Numbered from the stretch's first letter, positions 41,068-54,443 are shown. The stretch: DNA of 64,000 bases from Octopus vulgaris (GCA_951406725.2 OX597818.1:15004001-15068000); one strand, 5' to 3'. Translations and numbers: made by a program. The notes: generated by a model not told the origin, from the letters alone.

Positions 41068-42525
41068 AAGGCCTAATTCCCCATAGGAGTGTTTAGCGAC
41101 AACAAGACACACACCAGTCATTCCATTCATTTCCCAGCTGAAAGAGGTGAACCTCGTCCTATGCTCGGGTCAAGCCATAGAAAGCAACCCCCAAAATCAG
41201 CAGTGGGGCCCGACAGCATATGTTGGTTTACTCCTGCCGCATCATGCTGGTTCCGTACCCATTTGTGCAACATCAATTCTCTCATCCGTCCAGCAACTCT
41301 CTCCAAGCTTTCCTATCATTTATAAACTCTCGTTTCACACACTCCAACACCTTTCACTGCCAAAGCTTTCCTCACTCCATCCATCCACACAAACTGAGGT
41401 CTGCCTCTGGTTCTGCTGCCTACCCCTTCTGCCTTCATCACCCTCCTTACTATCCGCTTCTCATCCATCCTCTCCATGTAGCCAAACCACCTCAACATTC
41501 GTCTATCCATTCTGGTACATGGATTTTCCCTTATTCCCGCTCATCTTCACACTTCCTCATTCCTCATCCCATCCATCCGTGTCACAGCAACCATAGCCCT
41601 CACAAATTTCATCTCAAACATGTAGTCACCTCCTTTCTGCCTCTCTGAGACCTCACGACTCTGCACCATATAACATTGTCAACACAATCACGTCCTCATA
41701 CACACCTGTTTTCGCTGTCATACTCAACCTTTTATCTATCAGCATACCTTTCACAACTCCAAGTATCTTATTCCCTTCTCTCACTATATCCCACTTCCTC
41801 AGCCATCACCCCCTATCCGCCGCCACATGCGATCCCAAATACTTGAAAACATCTCACCATTTATACTCACATTCATCCTACCAGCCATTCTATCTCTCGA
41901 ACATCTCATCACCTTACTCTTAGCTAATTCACTTTCAGTTTCCTCCTTCACACGCTTCTAAACTACCACCAGCCTCCTCAGTTGCTCTTCTGAATCCGTC
42001 ACCAGTGCTGTATCATCAGTCAACAACAACTGACATACCTGCCATTTCTCACCATTTTCCCCCACCATTTGAACTCCCATACTATACGTTCTAGCATTCA
42101 CCTCTTTCACCACACCATCCATATATAAATTAAAACGCCGCGGAGACATCAAACAACCCTGTCTCAAGCACACCTTCATACCAAACCGCTCACTTGCTTC
42201 ACCACTCACCGTAACGCACGCCCTACTTTCTCTATAGAAACTCTGTACAGCTCTCATCAATTTACCATATATTCCATACAACCGCAACACCTGCCACATT
42301 GCATCTCTGTCCACACAGTCATATGTCTTCTCCAGGTCCATAAAGGCCCTATATACATCCCTGTCTTTTGCCAAAACCTTCTCACACATCTGCTTTACAA
42401 CGAATATCTGATCTGCACACGCCCTTCCATTCCTAAAACAGTATTGCTCCTCCCTTAGTACATTCTCTGTTTGGTTCCTCACCCTTACAATCAGAATTCT
42501 CCCATACAGTTTACCAACCACTTAT
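41065..42525 (-). mobile_element. 5'-truncated RTE-clade LINE
   Basis: EEQYCFRNGRACADQIF, FMDLEKTYDCV, LRQGCLMSP, LLTDDTAL, MLRWFGYMERM; ends at (TA)n. Confidence 0.9.
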
Positions 42526-42594
42526 ACCCCTAAAATTTCCATGAATATGTACATATATATATTATATTTACGGGTATGTACTTGCATAGCAAGT

Positions 42595-42871
42595 GACCTG
42601 ATCTGAGATCGTGTGCTGGAAAGAGAACAATTGCAGCGTGGAAGGTGTACATAAGCCATTTAAGAAACACACAAAAACTGTTAGATTCACTTGAACATTT
42701 AAATTTAATTTGTCAAAATATTTTCGTCGCACAGAATTTTGTTAGTGAGCAGGTCGCGGTTTCAAAGCGACGAAAATATTTTGACAAATTAAATTTAAAT
42801 GTTAAAGTGAATCTAACGGTTTTTGTGTATTTGTTAAATGGTTCATAAACACTTTCCACGCTGCAATTGTT
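42595..42871. mobile_element. Inverted pair of pLTR-like fragments
   Basis: 42626-42730 is the reverse complement of 42767-42871; same family as 23160-23331. Confidence 0.85.
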
Positions 42872-43204
42872 TATATTATATTTGTATATTATGAACACGT
42901 TGTCATAATGAATTATTTACAGTGTTTCAGTTGAAAATCTGATATTTGTACAATCTGTTATGAATAATATATAAATATGTGTGTGACAATGTTTTGACAT
43001 TTCGTTTCCTTTACTGTCGTGAAAATGATTGCCAACTAATAAATAGGTTTGGCTTATTCCATACTAAGAGAAAAAAAAGCTACCAAAATGTTCGCGCAAT
43101 CAAAAGCTGCTATTTATATAATGTTGTAACCTAAATCTGATATTTCAATATATTACAAACGAATATAGAACTCATGCGTTGTTTCTATCGAAAGCATTGG
43201 TGCA

Positions 43205-43585
43205 TATCTATATAATACTTTGTACCATAGGTACAAGATCTGCAATTTTATGGAAGGGTTCTAGTTAAATGCATCGATCTCGATGGAATTACATCACAGA
43301 ACGTAAAGCCGGAAGAAATATCCGGTATGCTAACAATTCTTGAAGCTCGCCGCTCTAACGTATATCTATATAATGGTCTCAGATTTTGGCAAAGGTCCAG
43401 TAGTTTTGTAGGGAGACAGAAGACGATTACATCGACCCTGGCATTTGACTTGTACTTATTTTATCCTAAAGGATGAAAAGCAAAGTCGACCACGGCAGAA
43501 TTTGAGAGCATAACGTAAAACTCGAAAGAATGTTGCTAAGGATTTTGTCCGGCGTGCTAACTTTTCTGCCAGCACACCACCTTCG
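43205..43585 (-). mobile_element. Two decayed SINE family B copies
   Basis: AAAGGATGAAAAGCAAAGTCGAC...GGCGTGCTAACTTTTCTGCCAGC. Confidence 0.7.
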
Positions 43586-44244
43586 CATGTCTTATTTCAT
43601 TGCTTATTGTTAACGCACAACATTATAAGTTTTCGCTAATTTCTGCTGTTTTACTAAGCTACGTCTTACAAAACAATAGTTAAAACTTATGCTCTGTAAT
43701 ATGGGCACAGTAAAGAGAAAATAAGCTACCGCAGTTCTGCAATAATAACATGGTTTCGACTAACAACCAAAATCTTCTCGCTTGGGAAAAATGTCAAATT
43801 CATATCCTCTTCAACATTTTATCTAATAATTAATGAGAAAGTAATCAATTTTGACACGTACCTCGCAGCTAAGTTTAATGGAGTTATTATTAAAAGATGC
43901 ATACAATATGATGGAATCTCCCGTCGAAGACGACGTATGAGTGAATGAGCGTTCAATTTTTACTGAACAACCTACCCAAATGATTTGTTTATAGCGATCA
44001 ACTGCATGTTCCGTACATTAGCTTACTCTTCCATCAAATTGACATAGCGTGTGCAAGTGCACAAGTGTTTCACACGTCCGATGTCGAAATAATCGCAGAG
44101 CATCATGAAATGGAGTGTTTCGTTCAAGAGTACTATGCAGCAGCTGGTCCGGGAATCGAAGCCTTGATCTAAAAAACGTGAGTGCGACACCCTAACTACA
44201 AGGTCACGCGCCTTCACATCTCGAATAAACAGCTACAAGATATT

Positions 44245-44431
44245 CTTTTATTTGTTTCAGTAATTTGACCTCAGCCATGCTGGAGCACCGCCTTGAAGAG
44301 TCTTAGTCAAACAAGTCGATCCCAGGACTTTTTCTTAAAAGCTTAGCTCTTATTCTATCGGCATCTTTTACCAAACAGCTACGTTATGGGGCCGTAAACA
44401 TATCAATACTTTGTTGCCAAGTGGTAATGAG

Positions 44432-44511
<80 letters not shown>

Positions 44512-44662
44512 CACATGTAAATATACGGCGGATTTCTTTCAGTTTCCGTCTACCAAATCCACTCACAAGGCTTTGGTCGACCCGAGGCTATAGTAGAAGA
44601 CACTTGCTCAAGATACCACGCAATGGGACAGAATCTGGAACCATAAGGTTGGAAGCAAGCTT
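44245..44662 (-). mobile_element. SINE family A copy
   Basis: CCATGCTGGAGCACCGCC tail, (CA)n centre, TTTCAGTTTCCGTCTACCAAATCCACTCACAAGG. Confidence 0.85.
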
Positions 44663-44764
44663 CTTTATTTCATAAATTAGCCATAAAGGCTTTACACAGA
44701 GAAGCTGCGGGCTGGACAAGACATTAATGAGATGAGATGAATGATGAACAAGATGATATTAATA

Positions 44765-47700
44765 GGGGATGCTAGAGGACACCCGCCGATCCCTACTTCT
44801 CTAAAACATTGTTCTTTTTTTTCTTCTAAACAGTAAAAATTACGAAAACGAGTTAATGAGCATCACATCTTGTTTCCAAACTGAGGCGCTGAGCCTCTTA
44901 CAAACAATAACACTTATCCTTCCTCGCCGACCAGGCCATATGTCTCCTGCAGGCAATCCTGCAGTTCCTGGTCGGGGACCCAGAAGGAGAACCTATAAAG
45001 ATCCTTCGGGAAGGAGTCCATTACCCTGAACATCTCAACTTCCGTTATGATCTCTGCAGTCACCCAGGGTCTTCAATCCAGGGCAAGGTCAATTCCCTCC
45101 AGACCACTATCTTCCTTAAGCAGGTCTGAATTGCCCCTCCTCTGTGGAAGAAGAGGACAAAATCACCCTTCATCGCTCCTAGAAGGGTCACAGTTACCTC
45201 CATCGGTGGCACAATTCCCACTGATGAGGCTTCGGAACACGCCGGTAGTGTATTAACTACCGGCACTGTACCGTTTTTCTTTTTTACAACTTCCACAGTC
45301 GGTGGCACAAATTCCACTGACGAGTCCTCAGGACATGCCGGCAGTGCACCATCAACCGCGGGCAATGTCCCGTTCTTCTTTCTCCTTCGTTTTTCCCTTG
45401 TGCAACGGGAGAGTGTGGTACCTCCACTTTATCCGACAGCCTTATGGTCCTCAGGTGGGCAACCATTGTTGCCCACCTTTCACTTTTTTCCCTTTTTCGA
45501 GGAGGTCTCCACCTTCCCAACTGCCTCCATCTCTCCCTCCAATGGGAGAGCGGGGAGCGCGACTTTTAATAACTGCTCCAGGACTTTACCTTGGTCCTGG
45601 GGACAGTTCTTTTTAATGTGGCCTGGTTCCGGTCACAGGTGACACTTGGGGGCGTCCCTCAATAATAAGTTTCGAGAAATCCGGCAATACCAGATTTTTG
45701 GCTGACTGGGTCCACAAGGTCAAAACCGCTTTCGATCCTACCCAATCAGCCGCAGGCAATATTTTTACATTGATGAGCTTGGCTCCGCTGCCACCCAGAC
45801 CCCAGTGGATAGTATCCTCTACTCACTCGGGTTCTATTCCGCGTGGCAAGCTACAGAGCCCAAACACTCGTCAACTTCCTCACACAATACGTGGGAAGAA
45901 ACAAAATCTCTCTGCCTTCCAAGGGCTGGCTTGCAAATTTGCGAGCCTCCTTAGTAAGAAAAACTATTCACTCCACCTCCTCGACTGCCTCCATCTCTCC
46001 CTCCAATGAGAGAGCGGGAGCGCGACTTTTAATAACTGCTCCAGGACTTTACCTTGGTCCTGGGAACAGATCTTGTTAATGTGAACTGGTTCCAGTCACA
46101 GGTGAAACTTGGGGGGCGTCCTTCAATAATCACTGGATACCTAGAACCGGCCATTTTCAAGAAATCCGGCAATACCAGATTTTTGGCTGACTGGGTCCAC
46201 AGGGTCAAAACCGCTTTCGACCCTACCCAATCAGCCGCAGGAAAAATTATTACATTCAGAAGCTTGGATCCGCTGCCACCCAGACCCCGGTGGATAGTAT
46301 CCCCTACCCGCTCGGGTTCTATTCCGCGTGGCCAGCTATAGAGCCAAGCCCTCGTCAACTTCCTCCCATAATACCTGGGAAGAAACAAAATCTCTCTGCC
46401 CTCCAAGAGCCTGCTCGCAAATTTGCGAACCTCCCCGAGGGCATCAAATAGCAACCACACCGTTGCATATTTGACCCCACTGGATATCAATTTACTAGTT
46501 GGCAGATACTCTGCCAGCTCCCTTTCGATGACATTCTTTTCAAATAGGGTGATGTTGTCGAGCGACTTGGAGTAGGTTCTTAACACCATAGTCCTCTCTT
46601 TGAAGTCTTTCAACCACTGCAAAACATTGTTCTTGTTCTTTGCCATGTTGTTTTTAAAATAAAATGTCCAAAAATAGTTCACGATAAAAATTTTTTTAAA
46701 AAAGCGAAGAAAAAGAATGAAATCAAAAGAAAGTCTCAACAAAAGGATGGAAGAAAAAAGAAAACATCTTAATAAAAGAAAGTCATAAACAAAAGATACA
46801 AGAAGAAAAGAAAACAGACTACAGTTAAAAGAAAACACAGCAAGCAAAAAAATTTGCTGGCCACTAAGTAATTCTGGCCTACTTTGTAATCCAATTTGAA
46901 CCCGAACGCCACAACTTGGAACACAGCTTCCACAAAAATTGGTAAAAGTTGTTATATCTTCATTGAATTCTCACAATTTTTGAAAAACATTATTCACTAA
47001 AAGTGAACAAATTTTGGAAGTGAGATACGTGCCCAAACAACAATTCTCACAAGTGAGAAAATATGTTCACTCCACCTCCTCGACTGCCTCCATCTCTCCC
47101 TCTAATGGGGGAGCGGGGAGCGCTACTTTTATTAACTGCTCTATGATCTTACATTGGCCCTGGGGACAGTTCTTTTTAATGTGGCCCGGTTCCATGCACA
47201 GGTGACACTTGGGGGGAGGGGCGTCCCTCAACAGTCACTGGATACCTAGAACCGGCCATTCTCAAAAAATCTGGAAATACTAGATTTTTGGCTGATCGGG
47301 TCCATAGGGTCAAAACCGCTTTCCGCTGCCACCCAGACCCCGGCGGATAGTATCTTCTATCCACTCAGGATCTATTCCGGGTGGCAAACCACAGGCCCAA
47401 GCCCTCGTCAATTTCCTCACGCAATACGTGGGAAGAAACAAAATCTCTCTGCCTTCCAAGGGCTGGCTTGCAAATTTGCGAGCCTCCTTAGTAAGAAAAA
47501 CTATTCACTCCACCTCCTCGACTGCCTCCATCTCTCCCTCCAATGGGAGAGCGGGGAGCGCGAGTTTTAATAACTGCTCCAGGACTTTATCTTGGTCCTG
47601 GGAACAGATCTTTTTAATGTGAACTGGTTCCAGTCACAGGTGACACTTGGGGGGGGGCGTCCCTTAATAATCACTGGATACCTAGAACCGGCCATTTTCA

Positions 47701-48665
47701 AGAAATCCGGCAATACCAGATTTTTGGCTGACTGGGTCCACAGGGTCAAAACCGCTTTCGACCCTATTCAATCAGCCGCAGGAAAAATTATTACATTCAG
47801 GAGCATGGATCCTCTGCCACCCAGACCCCGGTGGATAGTATCCTCTATCCACTCGGGTTCTATTCCCTGTGACAAACAACAGAGCCGAGCCCTCGTCAAT
47901 TTCCTCCCATAATACCTGGGAAGAAACAAGATCTCTCTGCCCTCCAAGGGCCTGCTCACAAATTTGTGAGCCTCCTCGAGGGCATCAAACAGCAACCACA
48001 CCGTTGCATATTTGACCCCACTGGATATCAATTTAATAGTTGGCAGATACTCCGCCAGCTCCCTTTCGATGACATTCTTTTCAAATAGGGTGATGTTGTC
48101 GAGCGACTTGGAGTAGGTCCTTAACACCACAGTCCTCTATTTGAAGTCTTTCAACCACTGTTTGGGTGGTACAATTTCCCACTGCAAAACATTGTTCTTG
48201 TTCTTTGCCATGTTGTTTTTTAAATAAAAAGTCCAAAAATAGTTCACGATAAAAATTCTAAAAAGAAGGAAGAAAAAGAAAGTAATTAAAAGAATGTCTC
48301 TAACAAAAAGGAAGGAAGAAAAAAAAAGAAAACAGTTCCATATAAAAAAAATCACAAATAAAACATAGAAGAAAAGAAAACAGACTACAGTTCAAAAAAA
48401 CACGGCAAGCAAAAAGTCTTCTGGCCACTAGGTAATCCAGGCTCACTTTGTAATCCAGTTTGAACCCGGAACGGCACAACTTGGAACACAGCTTTCACAA
48501 AAAATTGCTAAAGGAAGTTGTATCTTCTAAATTCTCACAATTTTTGAAAAAAACTATTCACTAATAGTGAACACATTTTTGGAAGCGAGATACGTCCCCA
48601 AACACAACAATTCTCACAATTAAGTGAGAAAAAAATTATTATTCACTTAAAGTGAACAAAATTTT
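44765..48665 (-). mobile_element. Tandem array of Tx1/L1-like 5' UTR + ORF1 copies, no ORF2 seen
   Basis: ORF MAKNKNNV...LPDFLKMAGSRYPVIIEGRPP followed by zinc knuckle CHLCMEPGHIKKNCP (47160-47207); four units ending at 45508, 45971, 47071 and 47509. Confidence 0.75.
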
Positions 48666-48974
48666 GGAAGCAAGATTCGCCTATTAGAAAAAATGTTTAA
48701 ATATTCATTTTCGCATTTAAAAAGCAAACGTTAAAGAAATTATAAGGTGGATTTTGAATCTTGTGTTTCTTTTGATGTTGGATTTCCTCTGTAATTTTCG
48801 AGCGAAAAAGTTGTATACAATAATGTGATTGAACAATGGGGATAATTGTTCCTTGTATACGCAGAGTTTACTTCGATAGGATTTTCACCTAAGAATTCCA
48901 AGTGATGGACAATTAACAATTCTGTCAGTCATTGCTTCTGTTGAAAATAATATGCGTTTCGAATTTACGCAAAA

Positions 48975-49630
48975 GCAGCAATTCTGAAGAGAGGTCAGAT
49001 GATTCTATCATCATCTAATCCCCTATTACTTAACTGGTACTTTATTTTATCCCCACATCCTCGGTGGGATGAAAGGTAAAGGTAAAGTTGACCTCGAATG
49101 GATTTGAAACCTGGACGGAAAGAACCTGAACAAATACTACAAGGCATTGTACTTTATTTTCTTGCGATTCTGCTATCTACTGCTCTGGTTGCTAATAACT
49201 ATAGGGACAAGGCTTGAACTTTTGAGGAAATGGGCTTACCGATTACCTCGATCCCAGTGCTGAATTGGTGCTTATTTTATCAACCCTGAAAGGATGAAAG
49301 ATGAAGTCGACCTCGGCGAAATCTGTACTCAGAACGTAAAGACATACGAAATGCCGCTAAGCATTTTGTTTAGCGAGCTAACGATTCTGTAAGCCCGCCG
49401 ACTTACCCTTGCTGCAAACAATAATAGTTTCAAATTTTGGCACGAGGCTAATAGTTTTAAGTTTTAAAGGGAAGGTTATATTGACCCCAGTACTTAACTG
49501 GTACATATTTTATCGATCTCGAAGGGATGAGAGATAAAGTCGATCTCGGCAGAATTCGAACACAAAATATTAAGGCAGGCGAAAGCCGCTAAGCGATTTC
49601 TTCGGTGTGCTAACTTTTCTACCAGCTTGC
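48975..49630 (-). mobile_element. Cluster of three SINE family B copies
   Basis: Repeated GGATGAAAG..AAAGTCGACCTCGGCG body. Confidence 0.8.
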
Positions 49631-50082
49631 TGCTTTTCCCTTACTACTACCAAAAATAATGGTTCCGCCAGATATAAATATTAGTTCCTCCTTTGACGAT
49701 AATATATGTCTAAAAATGGAAGAATCCAAAGGAACAAAGATAACCAGAATGTAGGAATTGAAAACAGAAGCCATCTCTAATATATTTGGTTTCGGGATGA
49801 TTAAATAATATGCAAACTAAAATCCCAGGAGTTACAACTATGTAGCATAGTAGAATATACAGAATGTAGCACTACAGATACTGTACACACACTTAAGTAC
49901 TCAATGCAACAGAGGACACAAAACCAAGATAAATCACTACTCGTACTCGTGGTGCACCAAGTTACGCAGGTTTCTGTAGAGAAATAATCCTATAGAAATT
50001 AAGCTACTGAACAGATAATATTAGCTCACGGAACCTGCAGAAATTCCACGGAGCAAGTCAACATATTCGAACATCTACTTAC

Positions 50083-50137
50083 CCTTCTGCAGATGACTGT
50101 ATCTGTCTACTCTCATAATATCGAAAAACATTTAAGC
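50083..50137 (-). CDS. Candidate 55-nt upstream exon of the GCNT-like gene (coding from 50131: MFFDIMRVDRYSHLQK)
   Basis: ~40-nt polypyrimidine tract + TAG acceptor (50138-50139), donor GG|GTAAGT (50082), splices in frame to the exon at 19850. Confidence 0.5.
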
Positions 50138-50187
50138 CTAATGACAAAAAAGAAGAAAAGAAAACAAGAAAGGAAAAGGAAACGAAT

Positions 50188-50252
50188 AATGGGGGTGCCC
50201 CAGCATGACCACAGCCTTTGGTCTGGAACACGTAAAAAGATAAAAGAGTAAG
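50188..50252 (+). mobile_element. Stand-alone stem-loop retroposon tail
   Basis: AATGGGGGTGCCCCAGCATGACCACAGCCTTTGGTCTGGAAC then AAAAGATAAAAGAG; same start as tails at 2308 and 56478. Confidence 0.75.
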
Positions 50253-51274
50253 ATTCACAACTATTTCCTTGGGTTATTTCAATTTAATTTATCTTTCGAT
50301 ATATCTGAAGGCATAAATTTATAGATCTTCATGACTTTCTTTCATTATGTTAAACATTTAGTCTGTGCCTGCGATTTGAACACACAAATGCAGAATAATA
50401 TAGACCTTCTCTCTCTCTCGAAATTTTCTTCCCATTTGTTTTCACTGACTCCACTATTTCTGTTTCTGTCTTCTCTTCTCTCCCGACTCTGTATAAATCT
50501 TTCTCCATTCTCGTTATTACTTCTCTTGTTGCAACACAAGGAGAAAATTAACCGACCGCAGGAACAACTGCCACCAGAAACCCATTCATAGATACAAAAG
50601 GCATTACGAAAGTGTTACGAAAATATGACGGGATATACAAAGTTATATAAAAATTGAGGGTAAAATACATAATACAATATATTGGGATATATTAATTTTT
50701 TTAATTACACATAATTAAATGGAATTAACACAATGTAATTAAAAGATATATAAGGAACGCGAGAAACAAGTAAGTGCAAACATCTAATGAATGGTGAAAC
50801 TGTCAATAGGATTTATATAATAAAGAAATAACTTTTCAGAATAAATTTAAAGAATAATGGAAAGAGCAAGAAGTAAAATGGTGACAGTGAAGACAAGCAA
50901 AAGAGGAAGAAATTGAAAGTCAAGATAGAAGACGGCGAAGAATGTGAAAACGAGGAAAAGGAAGAGAAAGGACTCGAAAAAAAGTAAAAGAATGCGTTAA
51001 ATGAATATGATTTGAGGGAAAAGAAACGGTAGAAGAATAAGATTGAGAGAAAAAGGAAGACAAAAATGGAGGAGAGTAAAGAAAAATGTGAAGAAGGATA
51101 AAGAAAAAGTGTACTGTGAAAGGAATGAGCACATAGAAGGAAATATGAAAAATAGTAGCTCTTAGGAGACAAAGGTAAATGGTAACAAGGATGATCCTAT
51201 CTTCGAAATAAATACATACATCCTCATAAGAATGCAACAATTATTCTAATCAGTTCTAATGTTGATACAACGAA

Positions 51275-51870
51275 ATAAATTTTGTGGCGGAGGAGCTAAG
51301 CAATTAAATCCACTCTGATACTTGGCTGGTATATTATTTCGACTTTGGACGGATGAAAGCAAATTTGATCTCGGCTGAATTTGAATTCAGTACGTAGACG
51401 CAAAGAAAAAATATTGTATGCCATTTTGCCCGATGCACTAACGATTCACTCTATCCACCACTTCGGAAAAATAAAATAATTCTAACACATGCTTTAGGCC
51501 ACAAAGTTGCAGTGAGGGAGTTAGATGATTAAAATTGAGCCAGCATTTGATTGATACTTTACTTCATCGACCCTGGAAGGGCGAAAGTTAAAGCTGACCT
51601 TGGTAAGATTTGAGCTGGTAACCTATAGAATGGTAACTAAATCCTACCAGACATTTTGTTCCATGCACAATAATTATAATCTATTTTACTAAAGACAAAA
51701 CTTGAAATTTTGTTCGAGAGAGTTAGTCGATTACATTGACTCCGTTGGTCAACTGGTACTTATTTTATCGAGCCCGATAGAATAAGAGGCAAAAATCGAC
51801 CTCGGCGGAATTCAAATTCAGAACAAAATGACGGACCAATTGTAACTTAATATTTTGTCCGGCGTACTAA
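51275..51870 (-). mobile_element. Cluster of three decayed SINE family B copies
   Basis: Repeated ACTGGTACTTATTTTATCG...GACCTCGGCGGAATT. Confidence 0.7.
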
Positions 51871-52699
51871 ATGCACAGTAATAATAATGCTGCATTTTGA
51901 ACAACAACTGAAACCCACTTTCACCATCGTAACCATATACACTCACATTCCAAGGGCAAAACTTTGTGAAGTTTTTAACCTTTATTCCATGCTCGACTGT
52001 ATGGACGTTGATCTTCACGCAGTTAAATTATGGGCAGCTTCTTTTGACTCAATAATTTTTTTAGTGTATTCAACTTACCGCCAATTGTCTCTAACTTTCT
52101 CACATTGCCACCAAATGTTGTACTTTATCACTTCTAAATACCAACGTTATTTATTCTTCATATTTAACCAGACAACGAATACTACATTGATTTTTGTAGA
52201 TTATATATTTTGATTTACTCGTATATCGTCGCACAAACTATCGCAAATTCTTGAGAACATATGACATGTATATTGACTTTGACTATCTGTAGATCGATAT
52301 TATACAAATATAAATAATAGTGGAATGCAACAGGCCCAGATTTGACAAGGATTCAGTTCCTGAACAAAATAGTGGTTGACACATTTGAAAATAAGCTAAA
52401 CAATAATTGAATGGCAAAAAGTAGATAAATAAATAAAAACACGTAAAACATATACTGCGCTTGTCGTCCAAATTCTATTATGATCAATAATATAATTACT
52501 AGTCAATAATATAATTACTAGTCAAAGAAAATGGCTTGTTCAATTTAGTTACGTGCCGATTTCAATACCTCAAGGACTGACTTTGACATTTTCCTTATTC
52601 TAATATTTATAAAAAAAAGTATCATGTGGCTTATTGAAAGAATTTTAAAATTTATTATGCCTTCCAAAAATCATTTATTTTAGGAATCATCAGTATTGT

Positions 52700-53200
52700 T
52701 ACAGGTGGAGACCATTCAAACCAGGCGATATTCCTGCTGTGCAACCAACCATTGCTTCCTGTATATTCGCTGTTGTTATAGGATTTTCGCAATATCACCG
52801 CTTTCTTGTAGAGAGTCCTAGCAGGCTGTCGAGGTAAGAAGTGAAATCCATCCTACGTTTCGATCCGTCATTCATCCTGAAGAGTCGAATGAAAGTGCTG
52901 CTGAAATGCTGTACGCATCTACTCGGGGGTCAACTAATATGCGCCCATTATAATCTCCCAATTGTAGCTTTGTAGCCAAGTTGCATCTCTGCCATTCGAG
53001 TCCATCAGAGGGCTTTCGTGTCTTAGAGTATGTGCATTATTTCTGACAATGCAACTTTCGTGCTTCGTATTGAAGAATTATTCGAACAGTCAATCTTGCC
53101 GTTTAACTAATTCTCTGATCCGGTTTCTGAAAGCCTGGCGTGCCGAGAGCGAGATATTCATTTCCCAGTAATCGTCACCCCACTTCGGTACCTATCTAGG
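52700..53200 (-). mobile_element. Possible highly decayed Gypsy gag region
   Basis: PBS-like AGTGGGGTGACG near 53180 and weak gag-like peptide fragments only. Confidence 0.25.
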
Positions 53201-53604
53201 TCGATCATACAGATCACACATTTGTGGTCTGTATAGCTGACGATTTTAAAATGGACCACACAATTCATCCTAATCTACTAGGCTATAGAATACTCTGTCT
53301 AGATACGATATGAATGATCTGATGTAGTTTGTCCATATTCATATAGATAAATTTAGAGATTCAGTCGCTACCTGTCAAATATTTGGAAATATCTGGGTAG
53401 GTTTGCAAGGTTTTGCACTCCACTTTCTTATCAGCTAGCCGAACACAATCCATATGTACATGCAAGATGACTTCCCTGTCGTCCACTCGCACTGAAGAGC
53501 GGGATTTTCCTAGGAAATTACAAAGTTTTGTAACTAACCAGCAAATTTCCATAAAAATTACAAACTCTAAATCGACGTCTTCTGCTTGTAAATACTATAA
53601 TAAA

Positions 53605-53647
<43 letters not shown>

Positions 53648-53814
53648 GAATAAGCTTCTCTGCTCTAGGTGTACGGAAAACACTCGTCGAGAAATGGAAG
53701 AAAACTTGAAGAAAGTAGGAAAAAAAACAATAATAATAATAATAGTTTCAAAGTTTGTCTTAAGGGTAGAAAATATGAGGGAGGAGACTAGTCGGTTTCA
53801 TCGACCCAAGTGTT

Positions 53815-53846
<32 letters not shown>

Positions 53847-53929
53847 TATCGCTCCCGAAAGGATGAAAGGTAAAGTCGTCCTCGGCGGAATTTCATAATA
53901 ATAATTATTATTATTACTACTATTATTAT

Positions 53930-54130
53930 GGAATGAGAGAGCATCGCATGACTTCAAAGTGACACTTTGGAGCACAAATATACAAAGCCCAATATATTCT
54001 TTATGACTACTCGTCTGATAAGGGTACACCAGGCACATACATTACAACCATATGTGCGTGAAATGGTGATCTCATATCAAGATGAACATCGCATGACCTT
54101 GAAGGTGGGATCCTGTTAGAATTTTCTTCG
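53930..54130. mobile_element. Diverged copy of the (ATT)n-associated repeat forming the 57406-58638 palindrome
   Basis: GAGAGAGCA..CATG.CTTCAAAGTGACAC...TCTGATAAGGGTA...GTTAGAATTTTCTTC shared. Confidence 0.85.
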
Positions 54131-54204
54131 GGTCGAGTGTTGACTGGAAAATCCGAGAGGATAGTGACATTTCTTACCTGCAACGACTGGCTCACGATGA
54201 TGTT

Positions 54205-54360
54205 CATACTAGTAAGCAGTATGCTACCCTGTCGTGGGGATTTTTGTATTCGTTTGGTGTCAGCACAAAACATCTCGAAACGAGATGGTCTATTGTTTCG
54301 TCAAATGTCTCGCAGAATCTGCATTTAGGGTCAGAACCGTTTTTGGTGAACATTAGCCTT
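54205..54360 (-). mobile_element. R4/Dong-like zinc-knuckle fragment adjoining (TAA)n
   Basis: CRFCETFDETIDHLVSRC...YKNPHDRVA. Confidence 0.8.

Positions 54361-54443
<83 letters not shown>

Noticed and set aside
48975-51870. Regularly recurring motif resembling a CRISPR-like array
   Set aside because: Repeats are diverged ~200-bp SINE copies with irregular spacing in a eukaryotic context; no cas genes
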